A DNA stretch of 64,000 bases from Raillietiella orientalis. Lineage: Eukaryota. Of the stretch, positions 61,394 to 64,000 are shown piece after piece. Positions within the stretch are counted from its first letter, which is position 1, and every line of letters begins with the position of its first letter. A model generated the notes under the pieces. The model was not told the DNA's origin. It ran no database searches and saw only the letters and a program-made list of their open reading frames with translations. The stretch covers positions 1,178,001-1,242,000 of the forward strand of contig JAYWIR010000036.1 in assembly GCA_036172245.1 (NCBI GenBank). The letters run 5' to 3'. A program made the position numbers and the translations under genes.

Positions 61394-64000
61394 GCAACCG
61401 CGGCATTTCTCTTTTCTCAGACTCTGCATCTCGCAGAGTCTTTGGCTCCCTTGTCATATCATCCTCTCATTTCCGGCTTCGCCATGCTGTTTCCTCCCAC
61501 GCAAAATGATTCGTCTTCAGTGAATACGATCAGCTGACTGCCTGCACTGCCCACGGCTCCACTAGAGCCCTCGATCATCTCCATTCCAATTTCCAAATCG
61601 TCATGATCCGCAGCTCAGGAATGTTTCCTTGCTTCTAGACTCCCAATACCCGGCTTTAGATGGTCCACGCTTTGCTCTCACTCTCGCTATTCCCTCTGGG
61701 ATCCTCCAGGCTGGCCGTCGTTCATAGGAAACAGAACTTTCTCGATCATCGATCCAACGAAAAAAGTTAGTGAATGACTCCGGTGAGTCCTTGCGCTGGA
61801 GCTGGGAACTGGAGAAGGGAAACACCTTTGGTCTCCCACTCCCCACATCCTGCTTCTGCTCATTCCTCCTCCGGTTTGTGATTCCCAGATCCCAGTTCCC
61901 GTCCTCTGAGAAGGTCGCCGGCCTCGGTGAGAAAGAATAACTCGATTTTCTCTAGTCTGGTCGCAACTGGGAGGAAGCAACAGGAAGGTTCCACTGTCAT
62001 AAGAAAAGAGTGCCATTCGGGGATAAATAGGAAGCACGGGATCTTCCCGGTGTAACGAAGAGCACTCGTGACTTCACGAACGCGTTCTCCTTCTGCCAGC
62101 AGCACCAGCACAGAATCGAGTAGCCCCGTTAACACCCGAATGCCACGGTGCTCGTAAGGAAATTCCCGAAATTAATGAGAGATGTGCAGAAGTGCGCAGA
62201 CGCCCAGATGCTGTGATGGTATGGCAGACATGCGCAGCTTCCAGCCGCGTCGTAGACGAGGAGATGAAGGCCTTGTGGATCCATGAGCCCGTGAAGGCAG
62301 CCCCGCTTCAGGAAACGCCTCCATGCTGAAGGACGACTGCAAAAGTAAGATGCTGCCTGCCTCCGTCGTGCTGTCTCAGCCAAGAGGAAGAAAGCGGAAC
62401 CAAAGAGGAAGACGAGATAAACGCATTTTGGTAGCCGAGGGTGGTAGTTGCGGTGGTGGGAAAAGTGCGTTCCGTGAGGGCAAGCAAGGCGCCCATCAAG
62501 AATCCTCTCCCGGAGGATGGCGGCTGGCTAACCAGTGACTCCAGAGAGTTTTCAACTAGCAATAATCACGCCTCTCTTCCGACTTCAGACCGTGATATTG
62601 CCTGTGCACAAGGTTCCGGAGAGAAAGCAGCGGCGGCCTCAGAGCAGTGTGGAGGAAAGCGGAAGCGATGGAGGGTCTCGACGCTTCCAGTACAGAGGCT
62701 TATTCTGGTAGAAGACCAGCCTCAAAAGAACGCATTCCTAGCTCGAACTGAATGAGCAGTGAAAAGGACACTTAGCACTGCGCTCACAGAGATACTCGGG
62801 AGGGGACCCTCGCCTCTCGCCTCACAAAGAATCACGAGGGAGGCGACTGATCTGGCCCACCTGCGGCACAAGGGTCTTTCAGAGCAAGCGCCTTCAGATG
62901 ACGTCCAGCTGCTGTGACGCGTACGACCATCACCTGTGGCGTTCCTGACGCAAGCGGGAGTGCCCTCGCGTCGAGAGCAGAAGCAGTTACCGCAGCCGTT
63001 CTCGGTATGTCGTCTTACCCTGGAAAAGGTCGACTTCCTGCATCCATCTTGCTCCTCCCCTTCGTCCCTCCTTCTGGCATTGCATAGGTTTCAGTGCCTG
63101 CGTGGTATGCAGTCGCCTTTGCCCTGGAGACGGGCGAATCCCGAAAAGGAAAGGCTTCCTGGATAGCTGTATTTCGCGGGAATCTGCGGGGTGGTCAGCG
63201 GTTGCCGAAACTGGGAAGCTCGAACCCGAAGAACACGTGTCAGCACGAGGAGGACCAGTCCCGGTCCGAGGTGGTGGCAGCGGTGGCTGAATTCTTCTCG
63301 GAATACAAGAAGGGAAGCAAGAAAGTAAAGCCTCTGAAGATCGAAGTCCTCCCTCGGTGACCCCCAGGACCGGAGTAGGATTGAGAAGTTTGCAGCTGTC
63401 GCACTCGCTCCGGCATCGCCTTGACCTAGAGGTCCTGAGGGACGTCAGAATACGACATCAAGCACGGAAGGGAAGCGAAAACGGGACGAGAAGCTGAGAA
63501 GAATTTGCGGCGCCTCGTCTCGACGCGCTCCGCGATCTGCTTGAACCCGGGAAGGCGGAGAGAGGGCGTTTCCTTGGTGATCGCCGGGAACGCCCCCTTC
63601 TGCCTCGGTACGACACGCGAAAGGCGCCGTGGGCCATTGCAGCTAGGCGCAAAGTGCAAGCGACAATCATGGGAATCCTAAAAACCCCTGCTGGTGGCGA
63701 CCTTCAGGTCATGAAGCGTGACTGGACTGAGAGAAGGAGAAACCGGAAGCCGAGGGCTCCGTTGAAGCACCCCTCGCTCGGGAGGCGGCGTGTCCGGGGC
63801 TCACCTGCTGATTTACGAGATCTACCAGCGGCCAGCCCCTCCCCACGGGGCTTGGGAGTGGACAGTCGGATAACCGATGTGGATATCTGCACCTCCAACG
63901 GTCTCCGAGGTCACCCGCTGAGCGGTCTGAGCGAACCACAACTCCTTCGTCTTTCCCTCTCCGCAGTGAAGCCAACCGACGAAGCTCTCTCTCCAGGACC

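Overview
Eukaryotic, repeat-saturated DNA, most likely from a pancrustacean arthropod, judged from a Dscam1-type FNIII exon and degenerate TTAGG-like tracts; the species cannot be fixed from sequence alone. I found no intact full-length gene, prokaryotic operon or CRISPR array, and most of the ORF track is GC-rich noise. Contents: (1) A 1379-bp, ~99.6% identical inverted duplication (1242-2620 / 47860-49238) bracketing ~45 kb. (2) Many decayed copies of one L1/Tx1-like non-LTR retrotransposon family. The best copy (29853-34310) has a zinc-knuckle ORF1, an APE start and two tandem RT segments. About eight 3' ends of this family lack a poly(A) tail, several carry a position-conserved hairpin, and most run into an antisense tRNA-like (B-box) sequence. 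(3) A ~650-bp tRNA-headed SINE family (about 7 copies). (4) Remnants of DIRS-like, Ty3/gypsy and a second LINE-type element. (5) Orphan host-gene fragments: Dscam FNIII, an ABCG terminal exon, the HECTD1 N-terminus and a possible SLC7. (6) A ~215-bp AT-rich, mtDNA-like insert in LINE ORF1 holding a T-armless tRNA-Val(TAC). (7) Short inverted templated duplications and a long hairpin near 56-61 kb. All homology calls are by-eye motif recognition, not database results, and boundaries of decayed elements are approximate.
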